Of a stretch of 64,000 bases of DNA, positions 11,123-22,378 are shown in pieces. The notes beneath the pieces are model-generated. The model made no database searches. It was given only the letters and a program-made list of their open reading frames with translations, and was not told where the DNA came from. Source of the DNA: an uncultured Fibrobacterota bacterium (GTDB taxonomy: Bacteria; Fibrobacterota; Chitinivibrionia; Chitinivibrionales; FEN-1185); NCBI GenBank assembly GCA_963753345.1, contig CAVWBU010000036.1:13477-77476 (forward strand). The letters are read 5' to 3'. A program made the translations under genes and the position numbers. Positions within the stretch are counted from its first letter, which is position 1. Every line of letters begins with the position of its first letter.

Positions 11123-11686
11123 CTAGCTGAAGTTCACCTTCTCCAGTTCCTTCTTCATCTGTCCCACCCGCTCCATTATTTCCTTGTTCCCCGCCGCGCC
11201 CTGTTCAATCAAGGCAAGTTCCTCATGTATCTTTTTAAATACCAGCCTGTAATGCTCGGCCATGGCGTTACACTCCTCGGTCAGTTCCTTCATTTCCTCG
11301 TCTTCCCTGAATGAAATCTTCGTATTGAGGTTGCCGTTTCTCAACTGGGTAACCCATTTCTCGAATTTGTAAATCGGCACGGCCATTTTTCTCGAGGAAA
11401 ACAGCCCGATGCCCAGGCCGATCACGATGCTGAACACCTGTGCCGCCACCACGCTCGGCAGAATGAATTCGAGGATGTTCTTGAGCTCGAGGTCCTGCCG
11501 GGTGTCGTTGCTCATGTAGTAGAAACTGCCGTTGCGCGATTTGCTGTCGTACAGGACGGTGAGCGCGGCGGTGGTGATCACGGCGGAAAGGAGCACCACG
11601 AGAAGGATTCTAAAAATAATTTTGAGCTGCAGCGACTTCTTGATGAAGAAGTTACGCACCGGTCGGCGTTCATTTCTCTGCGGCAT
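11123..11686 (-). CDS. Two-TM HAMP-domain membrane protein
   Basis: RNFFIKKSLQ, two hydrophobic helices, SRKMAVPIY..GNL..REDEE HAMP pattern. Confidence 0.75.
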   Translation of the reverse strand: MPQRNERRPVRNFFIKKSLQLKIIFRILLVVLLSAVITTAALTVLYDSKSRNGSFYYMSNDTRQDLELKNILEFILPSVVAAQVFSIVIGLGIGLFSSRKMAVPIYKFEKWVTQLRNGNLNTKISFREDEEMKELTEECNAMAEHYRLVFKKIHEELALIEQGAAGNKEIMERVGQMKKELEKVNFS

Positions 11687-11771
11687 GATGGCACCTGCCT
11701 GCACCGGGCGGTCTCCCACGATCGCTGTGTGCGGCACAAATAATATACGTTATGTGAAGCAGACGGCAAAA

Positions 11772-14000
11772 CTACGTGCCGGCGCGTGTCCGCGTTATGG
11801 TGAAAAGGGCCGTGGCCGCGGTCCAGACGAAATCCTTGTTGTCAAGCTGTTGATGCAGGAATGCACGTAGCCCGTCCGCGGCGTCGGGGCCGAAAAGCGT
11901 TGCGGTCCTTTCGCCGAGCGATTTTCTTTCGCCCTCGCCGCTGCGGCGGAACCAGTGTTCAACGAGGTCGGGCGTGATGCGGCGGCGGGCGGCTGCCGTG
12001 ACGGTTCGCGCGGAAAACGCACACGGAAGAGCCTCGGCGCATGCCTTTTCAAGGCCGGCCGGAGTCCAATTGACAAGCGGGTCATTCGGGTCGCCGAACA
12101 GCGCATCTTCCGCCGAGGCCAGATGGGACACGCGTTCGGCGTTTCCGGCGCCCTCCGGTACGAGGTTTGAAAGTCTCTGACCCTGGGCATAAACGGTTTC
12201 CGCAAGCACCACGCACCCTGCGGCGCCGGTGAGGCCAAGGGCCTTTTTGACGACGGCAATCTTGTCTGGAAGCGCCGCGATAACGTTTCTGCCCACCACC
12301 GCGTCGAAAACGACGCCGGCGTCTGCGGCTTTCCGGACGTCGGCGTCAAACGTTGACAGAGAGGACCGTACCACCGTGGGCCTCCGGAGCGTCTCGTACT
12401 GGCGAGCCATGGCGGTGACGGTCTCGAATTCCTTTTCGTCGTGGGCGAGCGCCCACACGCTGCCCTCGGGCGCGCGGCGCACGGCCTCGAAGGTAAGCAG
12501 ACCGGTGCGCGCATGGAGATCGAGCACGAGCGAGTCGCGCTTGACCCCGGCGCTCTCGAATATCAGGTCGCGCGTCTGGGCGAGCTTGTCTCCGCCGCTT
12601 GCGCGGCGCGCCCATTCGGCCCGCACCGGCTTTGCTCCACCGGGTTCTTCCCGGGGATCGGCTTCGTCCGCGGTCATTGCCTCGACCATGGCTTCGCGCC
12701 TGCGCGTCACGGCCAGCGCGATTTCCTTTTCGTAGCCGATGTCGGCGGGCTGGTAGAAAAGTTTTCCCTGCAGGGCAGGCGGCAGATACTGCTGCGCCAC
12801 CCAGTGGTCGCGGTACGCGTGCGGGTACAGATATCCTTCGCCGTGGCCGAAACCTTCCTTGTCGCGTGAGGAATCCTGCAGATGAGAAGGCACTTCGTCG
12901 TTCGTTTCCTGCGACACCGCTGCCAGCGCGTCGAAAAAGGCCATGGACGAATTGCTCTTCGGCGCGGTGGCGAGATACAGGCACGCGTGGGCCAGGTGGT
13001 AGCGGCCCTCGGGCATGCCGACGTAGTCGAACGCGGCGGCGGCGTCGGCCACCACCGAGAGCGCGCGCGGGTCTGCCATGCCGACGTCTTCACAGGCGAG
13101 AATGAACATGCGCCGGAAGATGAAGCGCGGGTCCTCGCCGGCGTATACCATTTTTGCCATCCAGTAAAGTGCGGCGTCCGGGTCCGAGCCGCGCACCGAC
13201 TTGATGAACGCGGAGACGGTGTCGTAATGCGCGTCGCCGTCCTTGTCGTAGAGCACGGCCTTCTGCTGGATCGACTCCTCGGCGACTTTGCGCGTGATGC
13301 GGATGAGACCGTCCGGGCCGCGGCCGGTGGTCTCGACGGCGAGCTCCAGCGCGTTGAGCACGCCGCGCGCGTCGCCGTTGGCGACCGCCACAAGATGATC
13401 GAGCGCGTCATCGTCGATCACGGCGTTGCGGCCGCCCAGGCCGCGTTCCGTGTCGGCGAGCGCGGCGCGCGCCACGGCGCGCAGGTCGTCCTGCGAAAGT
13501 TTTCTGAGCTGGAAGATCCGCGAACGCGACACGAGCGCCTTGTTCACCTCGAAGTATGGATTTTCGGTGGTCGCGCCGATAAGGATGATGACGCCGTTTT
13601 CCACGTGGGGGAGCAGCGCGTCCTGCTGCGCCTTGTTGAAGCGGTGCACCTCGTCGATGAACAGGATGCTTCGCCGTCCGTAGAGCGAGAGCGTCTTCTT
13701 CGCGCTGTCGATAGCGTCGCGGATGTCCTTGACACCCGCGAGCACCGCGTTGATGGAAAGGAACTGCGCCTTGGTGGTCTGCGCGATGATGCGCGCGAGC
13801 GTGGTCTTCCCGGTGCCGGGCGGCCCGTAGAAGATGAGGCTGGAAAGCTGGTCGATCTGGATGGCGCGCCGCAGGAGCCGTCCGGGACCAACGATGTGCT
13901 CCTGCCCGAAGAACTCGTCGAGCGTGCGCGGCCGCATGCGGTCGGCGAGCGGGGCGGTCTTCGCGAGCAGGTCGTCGCCCCGTTTTTCGAACAGGTCCAT
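11772..14000 (-). CDS. rarA: Replication-associated recombination protein RarA with C-terminal methyltransferase-like extension
   Basis: [48 protein letters not shown]. Confidence 0.9.
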   Translation of the reverse strand: MDLFEKRGDDLLAKTAPLADRMRPRTLDEFFGQEHIVGPGRLLRRAIQIDQLSSLIFYGPPGTGKTTLARIIAQTTKAQFLSINAVLAGVKDIRDAIDSAKKTLSLYGRRSILFIDEVHRFNKAQQDALLPHVENGVIILIGATTENPYFEVNKALVSRSRIFQLRKLSQDDLRAVARAALADTERGLGGRNAVIDDDALDHLVAVANGDARGVLNALELAVETTGRGPDGLIRITRKVAEESIQQKAVLYDKDGDAHYDTVSAFIKSVRGSDPDAALYWMAKMVYAGEDPRFIFRRMFILACEDVGMADPRALSVVADAAAAFDYVGMPEGRYHLAHACLYLATAPKSNSSMAFFDALAAVSQETNDEVPSHLQDSSRDKEGFGHGEGYLYPHAYRDHWVAQQYLPPALQGKLFYQPADIGYEKEIALAVTRRREAMVEAMTADEADPREEPGGAKPVRAEWARRASGGDKLAQTRDLIFESAGVKRDSLVLDLHARTGLLTFEAVRRAPEGSVWALAHDEKEFETVTAMARQYETLRRPTVVRSSLSTFDADVRKAADAGVVFDAVVGRNVIAALPDKIAVVKKALGLTGAAGCVVLAETVYAQGQRLSNLVPEGAGNAERVSHLASAEDALFGDPNDPLVNWTPAGLEKACAEALPCAFSARTVTAAARRRITPDLVEHWFRRSGEGERKSLGERTATLFGPDAADGLRAFLHQQLDNKDFVWTAATALFTITRTRAGT

Positions 14001-14251
14001 CGGTATCTCTTTGGCCGGACTGGTTTTCTCTCCTACGGCCGCAGGCTGCGACCGGCAGACAACATCCGGTACAAAATACATTGGGTGACCCGCAGTTTGC
14101 GTCTGCCCCATCCGGGCACCGGTCCTTCGCCGCAGAATTCACTGTCTGGTTGATCGTCGAATCACTATTTTATATTTTCGGATTCAGGGAGGCGTTGTCC
14201 GCCGGTCCGGGGAAGCCTTTTCACAAACCGTCAAGCAAGTCAAATCCCCCT

Positions 14252-15553
14252 ATGAAAGTACGCAACGATATCCTCAAACTCCTCTACGCCACGATGCTGG
14301 TGGAATTGCCTTCCGAGCAGGTGAAGGAATTCTGGCTCGACCATCCGCTGGAAAGCGGGGGGAAGGTCATTCGGGACGCGGACCTCCTGAGGCACCTCTG
14401 GGAAGAGGACAGGCACGCCGACCTGGCATACGTATTGTCGGTGCTCAATTCGGTTGAGCCCTTTCTTGTTTCGCACGGCATCCCCACGCTGGAATTTGTC
14501 GACAAGTTCATCGCCGGCCTCAACGGGGGTTCAATTGTAGGGGTCGGGCCCCTTCTTGGCGCCATGGCGCCGTTTTTGCGGCTGCTGTTCTCATCCACGG
14601 ACATCGTGCATTTTGCAAATAAGAATGTCCTGCCCTCTATCCTGCGGAAGGTTGTGCCGTCGATCCGTTGCCAGATGGTGAAACACGAGGCCAGGGCAGG
14701 CAGGGCGACATCGGTGCTCCTTCTGAATTTCGACAAGTCTTCCAGGAAGGAATTGCCGTCCTACGATCCTTACCTCTACTTTGCGCGGCCCCTGCAGCTC
14801 GGTCCTACGCGGATCGGCATGGCGCCTCTGGAGGAGGTTCGGCTCCTGAGCGACATGAGAACGGTCGAGGGGATCATCGAAAAGGGACTGGTTTCCATTG
14901 ACAAAGATGAAGTCCGCATCATGGGCCGGCCGGCAGGTTCTCGTATCGGATTTCACGAGCACTGCCGCAAGAACGGCATTTCGGTCCGCGGCCTCGGCGT
15001 TCCCGACAAGCCCGTGGTCGAGATGTCGAGAAGCTACGTGTGTCCGGTAAGAAAACGCGAGGTGCTTTCCAAGGGATGCGCCTACGGCGCGCCGCTGTGT
15101 CTCGTGGGGGTGCGGTACAGGGTCAATGCCCGGCAGCCGGAGCACTTCCTCGCGCCCATCATCGCCGAGGGCGTCTCGGGCAAAAACGATGCATGGCGGA
15201 AGGCCGCCGACAGGCACGCGGCCCTCCTGAACGATCTGGAGCGGAAAATCGTGTTTGCCTTCGACCGCTCCGCCGAGACAATCTCGGCGAACGGCCGTCG
15301 GCTGGCAAAATCGGCCCCGGCTCTTATCCTCAGGAACATTGTCCGGCAGCACGTGTCCGGGGGAAAGACCGAGTTTTCGAACAGCGATTTCACCGGCGAC
15401 GGCACGGGCACGCCGCCGGACAATTTTTCCCTCAGGCTGCAGCGGCTCTCGGCGGTTCTTTCCGAAAAGCTCCCCGAGGTTGCCATTGTAAAGTCCGGCC
15501 GCGGGCAGTTCAGGTTCCAGGCGCCCTGCAGGGTCGAACTCAAAGAGTTGTAG
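14252..15553 (+). CDS. Hypothetical protein, possible C-terminal winged helix
   Basis: Long ORF with typical codon usage; C-terminal LRLQRLSAVL..IVKSGRGQFRF resembles OmpR-type wHTH. Confidence 0.55.
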   Translation: MKVRNDILKLLYATMLVELPSEQVKEFWLDHPLESGGKVIRDADLLRHLWEEDRHADLAYVLSVLNSVEPFLVSHGIPTLEFVDKFIAGLNGGSIVGVGPLLGAMAPFLRLLFSSTDIVHFANKNVLPSILRKVVPSIRCQMVKHEARAGRATSVLLLNFDKSSRKELPSYDPYLYFARPLQLGPTRIGMAPLEEVRLLSDMRTVEGIIEKGLVSIDKDEVRIMGRPAGSRIGFHEHCRKNGISVRGLGVPDKPVVEMSRSYVCPVRKREVLSKGCAYGAPLCLVGVRYRVNARQPEHFLAPIIAEGVSGKNDAWRKAADRHAALLNDLERKIVFAFDRSAETISANGRRLAKSAPALILRNIVRQHVSGGKTEFSNSDFTGDGTGTPPDNFSLRLQRLSAVLSEKLPEVAIVKSGRGQFRFQAPCRVELKEL

Positions 15554-15662
15554 ACGTTCCCCGTACCGCCCTGTATTCTTGTCAAAAATACCCCGCAGGA
15601 AGTATCTTTATTTAATTTTGCGTTTCTAATTCCAGGCGCCTGCGCGCCGCACAGGAAAGACC

Positions 15663-16997
15663 ATGTTCGAAGAACTCACCGGCAGGTTTGAGTCGATTTT
15701 CCGGAAGATCCGCGGCCAGGGCAGGATATCCGAGGAAAACGTGGCCGAGGCCATGCGCGACGTCAAGCGCGCGCTTCTTGAGGCCGACGTCAACTACAAG
15801 GTCGTCAAGAAGTTCACCGCCGCCGTTTCGGCCAAGGCCCTGGGGGCCGATATCCTTGCGAGCATCACGCCGGGCCAGCAGTTTGTCAAGCTCGTCTACG
15901 ACGAACTCGCCGCCCTCATGGGCGGCAGCGCGCGCGCCATCAGGTTCCACACCAACCGCCTCAACATCGTGGCGCTGGCGGGCCTCCAGGGCTCGGGAAA
16001 AACAACCACCTGCGCGAAGCTCGCGCTCTACTACCGAAAACAGGGACACCGGCCGCTCCTTGTCGCGTGCGACACGCACCGCGCCGCGGCAATCGACCAG
16101 CTCGAAACGCTGGGAAAATCGCTCGGCGTTCCGGTGTTTTCCGACCGGACAAAATCGCCGGTTGAAATCTGCAAAGAGGCGCTCGCGTATGCGCAGCGCG
16201 AAGGGTTCTCGCTTGCCGTTGTCGACACCGCCGGCCGGCTGCATATCGACGCCGGCATGATGGCGGAGCTCAAAGAGCTCTGCGCCGCAGCAAGACCCGA
16301 CGAGATCTTTTTCGTCGCCGACGCCATGGCAGGCCAGGACACGGTGAACGTTGCCGCCGAGTTTCACAAAGAGATAACGTTTTCGGGCGTCATCCTCACC
16401 AAGATGGACGGCGACGCACGCGGCGGCGCCGCGTTGTCGATCCTCGACGTGGTCGGCGTGCCGCTGCAGTTCGTCGGCGTGGGCGAGAAGCCCGACGGGC
16501 TGGAGCTTTTCCACCCGGAGCGTATGGCCTCGCGCATCCTCGGCATGGGCGACATTGTCTCGCTCGTGGAAAAGGCGCAGGAGAATTTCGACCTCGAAGA
16601 AAGCAGGAAGCTCGAAAAGAAGTTCAGAAAGAGCACGTTTTCGCTGCAGGATTTTCTCGACCAGCTCCGGCAGATCAAGAAGATGGGCTCGCTTACGGAT
16701 CTCCTTGCAATGATCCCGGGCGCGGGACCGCAGCTTTCCGGCGCCGATGTGGACGACAAGGCCCTGTCGCGCATCGAGGCGATGATCTGCTCCATGACCG
16801 CGGAAGAGCGGGACCGGCCGAACATCATCGACGGCAACAGGCGGCGCAGGATAAGCACGGGCAGCGGGACCACGGTGCAGGACATCAACAAACTGCTCAA
16901 GCAGTTCGATTCGATGAGATCGATGATGAAGCGTATGAACAAGATCGGCTCCCGGCGCGGCCAGACTGCCGCGCTTAAGAGCATGTTTCCCTATTGA
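15663..16997 (+). CDS. ffh: Signal recognition particle protein
   Basis: GLQGSGKTT, DTAGR, TKMDGDARGG, M domain. Confidence 0.98.
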   Translation: MFEELTGRFESIFRKIRGQGRISEENVAEAMRDVKRALLEADVNYKVVKKFTAAVSAKALGADILASITPGQQFVKLVYDELAALMGGSARAIRFHTNRLNIVALAGLQGSGKTTTCAKLALYYRKQGHRPLLVACDTHRAAAIDQLETLGKSLGVPVFSDRTKSPVEICKEALAYAQREGFSLAVVDTAGRLHIDAGMMAELKELCAAARPDEIFFVADAMAGQDTVNVAAEFHKEITFSGVILTKMDGDARGGAALSILDVVGVPLQFVGVGEKPDGLELFHPERMASRILGMGDIVSLVEKAQENFDLEESRKLEKKFRKSTFSLQDFLDQLRQIKKMGSLTDLLAMIPGAGPQLSGADVDDKALSRIEAMICSMTAEERDRPNIIDGNRRRRISTGSGTTVQDINKLLKQFDSMRSMMKRMNKIGSRRGQTAALKSMFPY

Positions 16998-17057
16998 CGG
17001 AAAGTAAAATCATCCTGAGATTGTTTTTTTTCACCTTTCACCAAAGAGGAGTAACTC

Positions 17058-17432
17058 TTGTCTGTAAAAATCCGTCTGGCCAGAACAGGGCGTAAGAACG
17101 TGTCCCGATTCCGCGTCGTTGCGATTGACGGCCGCACGCAGCGCGACGGCAAGTTTCTGGAAGTGATCGGCACGTACAATCCGCAGGCGACCCCGAAACA
17201 GTTCACGCTGAACGCCGACCGCATAGCGTACTGGATCGAAAAGGGCGCCGAAGTTTCGGAGACCGTGCACAACCTTCTCAAGCAGGACCGGTTTTACGAA
17301 AAGCTCGAAGGAAAGAAGAAAGGCCTGGGCATCGAAAGCATGAACCTTGAGCGCCTCCCGGAACGCAAGAGAAAGCCGAAGAACGTCTCGAAGAAGTCCA
17401 AGGAAGAAGCGCCCAAGCCCGCGGCCGCATGA
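17058..17432 (+). CDS. rpsP: 30S ribosomal protein S16 (TTG start)
   Basis: VKIRLAR, RDGKFLEVIGTYNP. Confidence 0.96.
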   Translation: MSVKIRLARTGRKNVSRFRVVAIDGRTQRDGKFLEVIGTYNPQATPKQFTLNADRIAYWIEKGAEVSETVHNLLKQDRFYEKLEGKKKGLGIESMNLERLPERKRKPKNVSKKSKEEAPKPAAA

Positions 17433-17974
17433 GCGGTACTGCCGCTGATATCGGCGCCGATTCGCTTGTGGCGATCGGCATGGTGCGGAGGCCCGTTGGT
17501 CTGAAGGGCGAGTGTTATGCTGAGGCGTTCGGCGCAACCCTGGAGTCGCTCTCGCCGCCGGCTGCGCTGAGGGGCGGAACCGATCCCGCCACCACGCGCG
17601 AACTTGTCCTGCGGACAATGCGAAAAACCCCGCGCGGTCCGGTGTGCAGCTTCGAAGGGATCGACGATGTTGACGCGGCGGGAACGCTGCGCGGATGGTA
17701 TCTGTTCTGCGGCCGTGACCTCCTTCCGCCGCTTCCCAAGGGCAGGCACTATCATTTTGAGCTGGAAGGGCTCACGGTTAAGGGCGCGGAATCGGGACGG
17801 GTGATAGGCACCGTTGCCGCGGTCCGCAGCTATCCGACGGTTGACGCGCTGGAAGTGAGAAAAGGGGACGGCTCGACGATTTTGATTTCGATGACCGGCG
17901 AGACCGTTAAGGCCGTCGATACTGCACGAGGCGCGGTGACGGTTGCGGAATCCGCGATCGAGGAGATCGTGTAA
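17429..17974 (+). CDS. rimM: Ribosome maturation factor RimM
   Basis: IG...[14 protein letters not shown]; synteny. Confidence 0.88.
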   Translation: MSGTAADIGADSLVAIGMVRRPVGLKGECYAEAFGATLESLSPPAALRGGTDPATTRELVLRTMRKTPRGPVCSFEGIDDVDAAGTLRGWYLFCGRDLLPPLPKGRHYHFELEGLTVKGAESGRVIGTVAAVRSYPTVDALEVRKGDGSTILISMTGETVKAVDTARGAVTVAESAIEEIV

Positions 17975-17997
17975 CATGTTACCGGATTTGTGCGGCA

Positions 17998-18702
17998 ATG
18001 CTCTTTGAGATACTCACCCTGTTCCCCGCGATGTTCGACGGCCCGTTTTCGGACAGCATCATCAAGCGCGCGGTTGACAAGGGGCTGGTTGCGATACGGT
18101 TTGTCAATTTCCGCGACTTTACGGAAGACAAGCACCGCACCGTGGACGACGCGCCGTACGGCGGCGATCCCGGCATGCTCTTGACGCCCGAGCCGCTGGC
18201 AAAGGCGATTTGCGCGAGCAGGGAGCGGCTTGCAAGCATGTCGCCGAAGGTGGTCTGCCTCTCGGCGCAGGGCGAAACGCTTACGCACGGGACCGTGGAG
18301 TCGCTTGCGGGCGAGCAGTCGCTCATTCTCGTGTGCGGCAGGTACAAGGGCATGGACCAGCGGGTGATTGACAAATACGTCGACCGGGAGGTTTCGGTCG
18401 GCGATTACGTTCTGTCGGGCGGCGAGATCCCGGCCATGATTCTTGTGGACGCGGTCACGCGGCTCATCCCCGGCGTTCTCGGCAACAGCGAGAGCGCGGG
18501 AAAAGACTCGTTCTTTGACGGCCTTCTGTCGCCGCCGCAGTACACGCGGCCCGAAGTGTTTGAGGGTATAAAGGTCCCCGACGTTCTGTTGTCGGGCCAC
18601 CACGAGAACATCAGGAAATGGCAAAAGGAACAGGCGGAAAAGTTGACGCGGGAGCGAAGGCCGGATTTATGGGAGAAGTACAATAGGAAAGTTGAAAGTT
18701 GA
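17998..18702 (+). CDS. trmD: tRNA (guanine37-N1)-methyltransferase
   Basis: [23 protein letters not shown]. Confidence 0.98.
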   Translation: MLFEILTLFPAMFDGPFSDSIIKRAVDKGLVAIRFVNFRDFTEDKHRTVDDAPYGGDPGMLLTPEPLAKAICASRERLASMSPKVVCLSAQGETLTHGTVESLAGEQSLILVCGRYKGMDQRVIDKYVDREVSVGDYVLSGGEIPAMILVDAVTRLIPGVLGNSESAGKDSFFDGLLSPPQYTRPEVFEGIKVPDVLLSGHHENIRKWQKEQAEKLTRERRPDLWEKYNRKVES

Positions 18703-18725
18703 CGGTTTGCAGTTGACAGGTGAAG
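18691..18725 (+). repeat. Degenerate 7-nt tandem repeat (GTTGAMR)
   Basis: gttgaaa gttgacg gtttgca gttgaca ggtgaag, spanning the trmD stop. Confidence 0.75.
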
Positions 18726-18762
18726 ATAAATATCATTTATCAATACAACCCAGGAGGTTATT

Positions 18763-19116
18763 GTGCAGGGACTTCAGGAAATCATCAAACAGGTGGAAAA
18801 AAAGTATCTGACGAAGAACGCCGCCGATTTCAAGCCGGGCGACACGGTTTCGGTGTCGCTGCGGATTCTCGAGGGAGACAAGGAGCGGCTCCAGGCGTTT
18901 TCCGGCGTGGTCATCCAGAAGCGCGGGACCGGCATGGGCCGGACGTTCACCCTCCGGAAGGCGTCGGGGAGCGTGTACGTTGAAAGGACCTTTCCGCTCC
19001 ATTCGCCGCTTGTCTCCGAAATCAAGATCATCCGGAAGGGAAGCGTGAGAAGGGCGAAGCTCTTCTACCTTCGCAACATCAGCGGAAAGTCGACAAGGAT
19101 AAAAGAGAAAAAGTAA
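18763..19116 (+). CDS. rplS: 50S ribosomal protein L19 (GTG start)
   Basis: FKPGDTV, ERTFPLHSP, VRRAKLFYLR. Confidence 0.98.
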   Translation: MQGLQEIIKQVEKKYLTKNAADFKPGDTVSVSLRILEGDKERLQAFSGVVIQKRGTGMGRTFTLRKASGSVYVERTFPLHSPLVSEIKIIRKGSVRRAKLFYLRNISGKSTRIKEKK

Positions 19117-19278
19117 ATTTTATATTGTGATGAGACGCAATGACTCATCAATTGAGAGAACAATTTCCGCTCGGACGCAGCAGCCCGGGCGGATTTTATT
19201 TTTAGCAAGCGGCGCCGTTCACCACGAACCTTGTTCGGTTTGCCGCATTTGCTTTTTGCCTAATACTATTTTCACTGC

Positions 19279-19860
19279 ATGGTCCCACACGACCCGAAAA
19301 AACCCTTCAAAGGTTCGATTTTCACCTTTCTCTCGGATCTGTTTGCGAGGCACGGCGTGACCGGTGTCCTGGTGGGCGGGTACGCACTCATTGCCAACAA
19401 AGTCCAGAGGATGACATTTGACATAGACTTTATCACCACGGCTGAGGATTGCGCGAAATTGGAACCGGACCTGTTTTCCGCGGGCTATTCCGTGCGCAAC
19501 CGCATGGAGGCGTTTGTCCAATACAAGAGCGAAACAGCCGGGCTGCGGGACCTCGACATTCTCATCTGCGACCGGAAGACGCTGGACGCGCTTATTGCGC
19601 AGGGGAGGCAAATAACCATTGCGGGGAAACAATTTATTGTACCGTCGCCGGCGCATCAGATTGCCATGAAGCTCCACGCTGTTTCTTCCAACAGGGGAAG
19701 AGAACCCAAAGACTTTCCCGACATCGTCAGGTTGATTTCCGCAAATTCGATTGATCCGCGGTCGGAGGCAATCAAAGAACTTTTTGTACGATACAAGGCC
19801 ATGGATTTATTCGACAGGGTCCTCAAAGCGACAGGAACTGGCTATGGAACCGGATCTTGA
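19279..19860 (+). CDS. Pol-beta-superfamily nucleotidyltransferase (DUF6036/AbiEii-like)
   Basis: VGGYAL, RMTFDIDF, DLDI, MKL..R.PKDFPDI. Confidence 0.75.
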   Translation: MVPHDPKKPFKGSIFTFLSDLFARHGVTGVLVGGYALIANKVQRMTFDIDFITTAEDCAKLEPDLFSAGYSVRNRMEAFVQYKSETAGLRDLDILICDRKTLDALIAQGRQITIAGKQFIVPSPAHQIAMKLHAVSSNRGREPKDFPDIVRLISANSIDPRSEAIKELFVRYKAMDLFDRVLKATGTGYGTGS

Positions 19861-20017
19861 TCTGCCCCGGCTCGAACGCGAACCCCTTGATCCCTCGCTT
19901 CGCTCTATCGACGAAATAAACGAATGGATAGAGCAGGATTACTTGTCTCTATTCGATCGTGAAGCCTATGAAGAAGAAAAGAAGCGGATGTCCGTTAATG
20001 TTCCGTTCAGATTGTAG
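19844..20017 (+). CDS. Small acidic protein, possible partner of the nucleotidyltransferase
   Basis: 57 aa, overlaps upstream gene by 17 nt. Confidence 0.6.
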   Translation: MEPDLDLPRLEREPLDPSLRSIDEINEWIEQDYLSLFDREAYEEEKKRMSVNVPFRL

Positions 20018-20199
20018 CAATCCCCACACCCCGCACTCGCGCTGCCCCATTTTCTTCTTGTCAAAGTTGATTCAAACTCCAAAAAACCTTATATTCTCAA
20101 TAAGGGCCCGCACAGCCAAGGCCGGGAATGCCCGGACCGGCCAACGAACAGGCCTCATATATTAAATGTCAATGAACAACAGCGACAGGGGGGTGCTCG

Positions 20200-22323
20200 A
20201 TGAAGTTCATGTCACAATGGTTTTTGATTTCGGCATCAGTAGTCACACTCCTAGCCTTTCCGCCGGCTTCCCATTCCCAGCCCTGGTCAGGCATAGTTTC
20301 CGCCCCGCGCGCCATTGATTGGAGCGGGGCTGGCGTGCAGGGCGGCATCGTGAACCGGACAACCGTGTATCAGACGCTGAATCCCGGCGTGACGGCAGAT
20401 CAGATCAACGCGGCCATCGCCGCCTGTCCGGCAGACCAGGTGGTCTACCTGAACGCCGGGACCTACAATTTGACAAGCGGCATCGTGCTGAAAAGCGATG
20501 TCACGGTGCGGGGCGCGGGCGCCGACAAGACGTTTCTTGTCTTTTCCGGGGTCAATGCCTGCTTCGGCGGGTACAGCGCGGTTTGCTTCACAACAGAGAA
20601 CCATGTCTGGGGCGGCGACGCCGACGCCCTGCCCGGCGGGTCCAACGCCGCGCTCTGGACCGCCGGGTTCGCGCCTGGAACCACGCAGGTGACCCTCACG
20701 AACGTGGGCAGTTCGGGCCTTGCGGTGGGGCAGTACATCATCCTCGATCAGGCGAACCTTGGGGCGGACAACGGCGAGTTTTTCGTCTGCGACAACACCA
20801 ACTATCCCTGCTCGCTCGAAGGAGGCAACGGCGGCCGCGTGATGAACGGAATCCAACACGGCCAGACTCAAATAGTGAAGATCACGGCAATCAACGGAAG
20901 CACCTACACCATAGCGCCGGGCCTGTATGCTCCCAACTGGAGCGCTACGCTTTCTCCGGGCGCGTGGTGGGTGCACATGATCCAGTTTGCCGGGCTCGAA
21001 AACGTTTCAATCGATCACAGCGCGGCCAGCGGCGAGGTCAACGGCATCAGCATGTACGGCGCGATCAACTGCTGGGTGAGGGGAATCCGGTCGCTTCGGC
21101 CCAACCGCAATCATGTTCAGTTCTGCCTGTCTGCACACAACACCGTGGCCGACTGCTATTTCAACGGCACGCAGCACGGCCAAACGCAAAGCTACGGCAT
21201 GGAAGTGTACCTTGCATCGGACAATCTTGTTGTCAACAATATTTTCCAGCAGGTCACCGCGCCGCAACTACTGCAGCTGGGCGTGGGAAACGTGGTTGCG
21301 TTCAACTTTTCCATCAAGGACTCCGAGGTCGCTTCCGCCGATTTCATGTATGGAAGCGCGACCGACCACAATGAGGGCAATGAGTACAACCTGTTTGAAG
21401 GGAACGACGGGTCCATGTTCGGCGCAGATCTTTTCCACGGCACCGGCGGCATGAATACGCTATTCCGCAACCGCTTTACAGGATGGGAATTCGGCAAGCT
21501 GAACAACCTGATTGCGATCCGGCTTGACTCCTACAAACGGTACTGCAATGTCGTCGGCAATGTTCTGGGTACGAAAGGAATCACGACAAGCTATCAGATA
21601 CTGGCCCCGTACGGGAGCGGCACGGTCTATTACCTGGGCAGCGGAAATTCGGAAGGCACAGTGACCGTTCCCGCCGACCCGAAGGTGGCCGCCACCATCA
21701 TGCGCTGGGGCAATTACGATGTTGTCAACGACTCCGCGCGGTGGGAGGCATCGGAGGTCCCGAGCGGGATCGCCAAGTACGCCAATCCCATTCCCCCAAA
21801 CCATACCCTGCCCGCGTCGTTTTTCCTGTCCGGAAAGCCTTTCTGGTGGCCATCCGGCATTGCATGGCCGCCCATCGGGCCCGATGTGGTCGGCGGCAAC
21901 ATTTCGGGCCTTGCAGGTCACGCCAACCAGATTCCCGCGTGTAACTGCTATTTGAATGTGATGAAAGGGCCGGCCGACGGCAGCGGCGCGCCGCTGAGCT
22001 TTAGCGCGGACAACTGCTACACAACAGGCGTTCTGGTGAGTCCGATACCTTTTGTCAAGCAGGGACAAGTGTCCATGTCCGTGCGCCGCATTGCGTCGGG
22101 GCATGTGTGGATGATTTCGGTACGTGGTGTACCGGCGGACTTCCGCCTCTGCGTGTACGATCTCGAAGGGCGCGTGGCAAGGACCCTTTTGTCAAGCGGC
22201 AGACAGGAAGGCATTTTGACGTATTTCTGGGACGGTACCGACGATCTGGGGAGAAGTCTCGCCCGCGGGCTTTACGTGATAGGAACAACGGGTGGGATAA
22301 GGAAGATTATCGGGATATTCTGA
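20200..22323 (+). CDS. Secreted pectin-lyase-fold beta-helix protein with FlgD-Ig-like C-terminal domain
   Basis: Signal peptide; VTVRGAGADKT; Asn-rich repeats; YDLEGR..WDGTDDLGR..GLY tail. Confidence 0.75.
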   Translation: MKFMSQWFLISASVVTLLAFPPASHSQPWSGIVSAPRAIDWSGAGVQGGIVNRTTVYQTLNPGVTADQINAAIAACPADQVVYLNAGTYNLTSGIVLKSDVTVRGAGADKTFLVFSGVNACFGGYSAVCFTTENHVWGGDADALPGGSNAALWTAGFAPGTTQVTLTNVGSSGLAVGQYIILDQANLGADNGEFFVCDNTNYPCSLEGGNGGRVMNGIQHGQTQIVKITAINGSTYTIAPGLYAPNWSATLSPGAWWVHMIQFAGLENVSIDHSAASGEVNGISMYGAINCWVRGIRSLRPNRNHVQFCLSAHNTVADCYFNGTQHGQTQSYGMEVYLASDNLVVNNIFQQVTAPQLLQLGVGNVVAFNFSIKDSEVASADFMYGSATDHNEGNEYNLFEGNDGSMFGADLFHGTGGMNTLFRNRFTGWEFGKLNNLIAIRLDSYKRYCNVVGNVLGTKGITTSYQILAPYGSGTVYYLGSGNSEGTVTVPADPKVAATIMRWGNYDVVNDSARWEASEVPSGIAKYANPIPPNHTLPASFFLSGKPFWWPSGIAWPPIGPDVVGGNISGLAGHANQIPACNCYLNVMKGPADGSGAPLSFSADNCYTTGVLVSPIPFVKQGQVSMSVRRIASGHVWMISVRGVPADFRLCVYDLEGRVARTLLSSGRQEGILTYFWDGTDDLGRSLARGLYVIGTTGGIRKIIGIF

Positions 22324-22378
22324 GGTTGGGCTGCATGACAATGTTTCTGCAGGGGTGCCACCAAGGAGGCAATCAATC

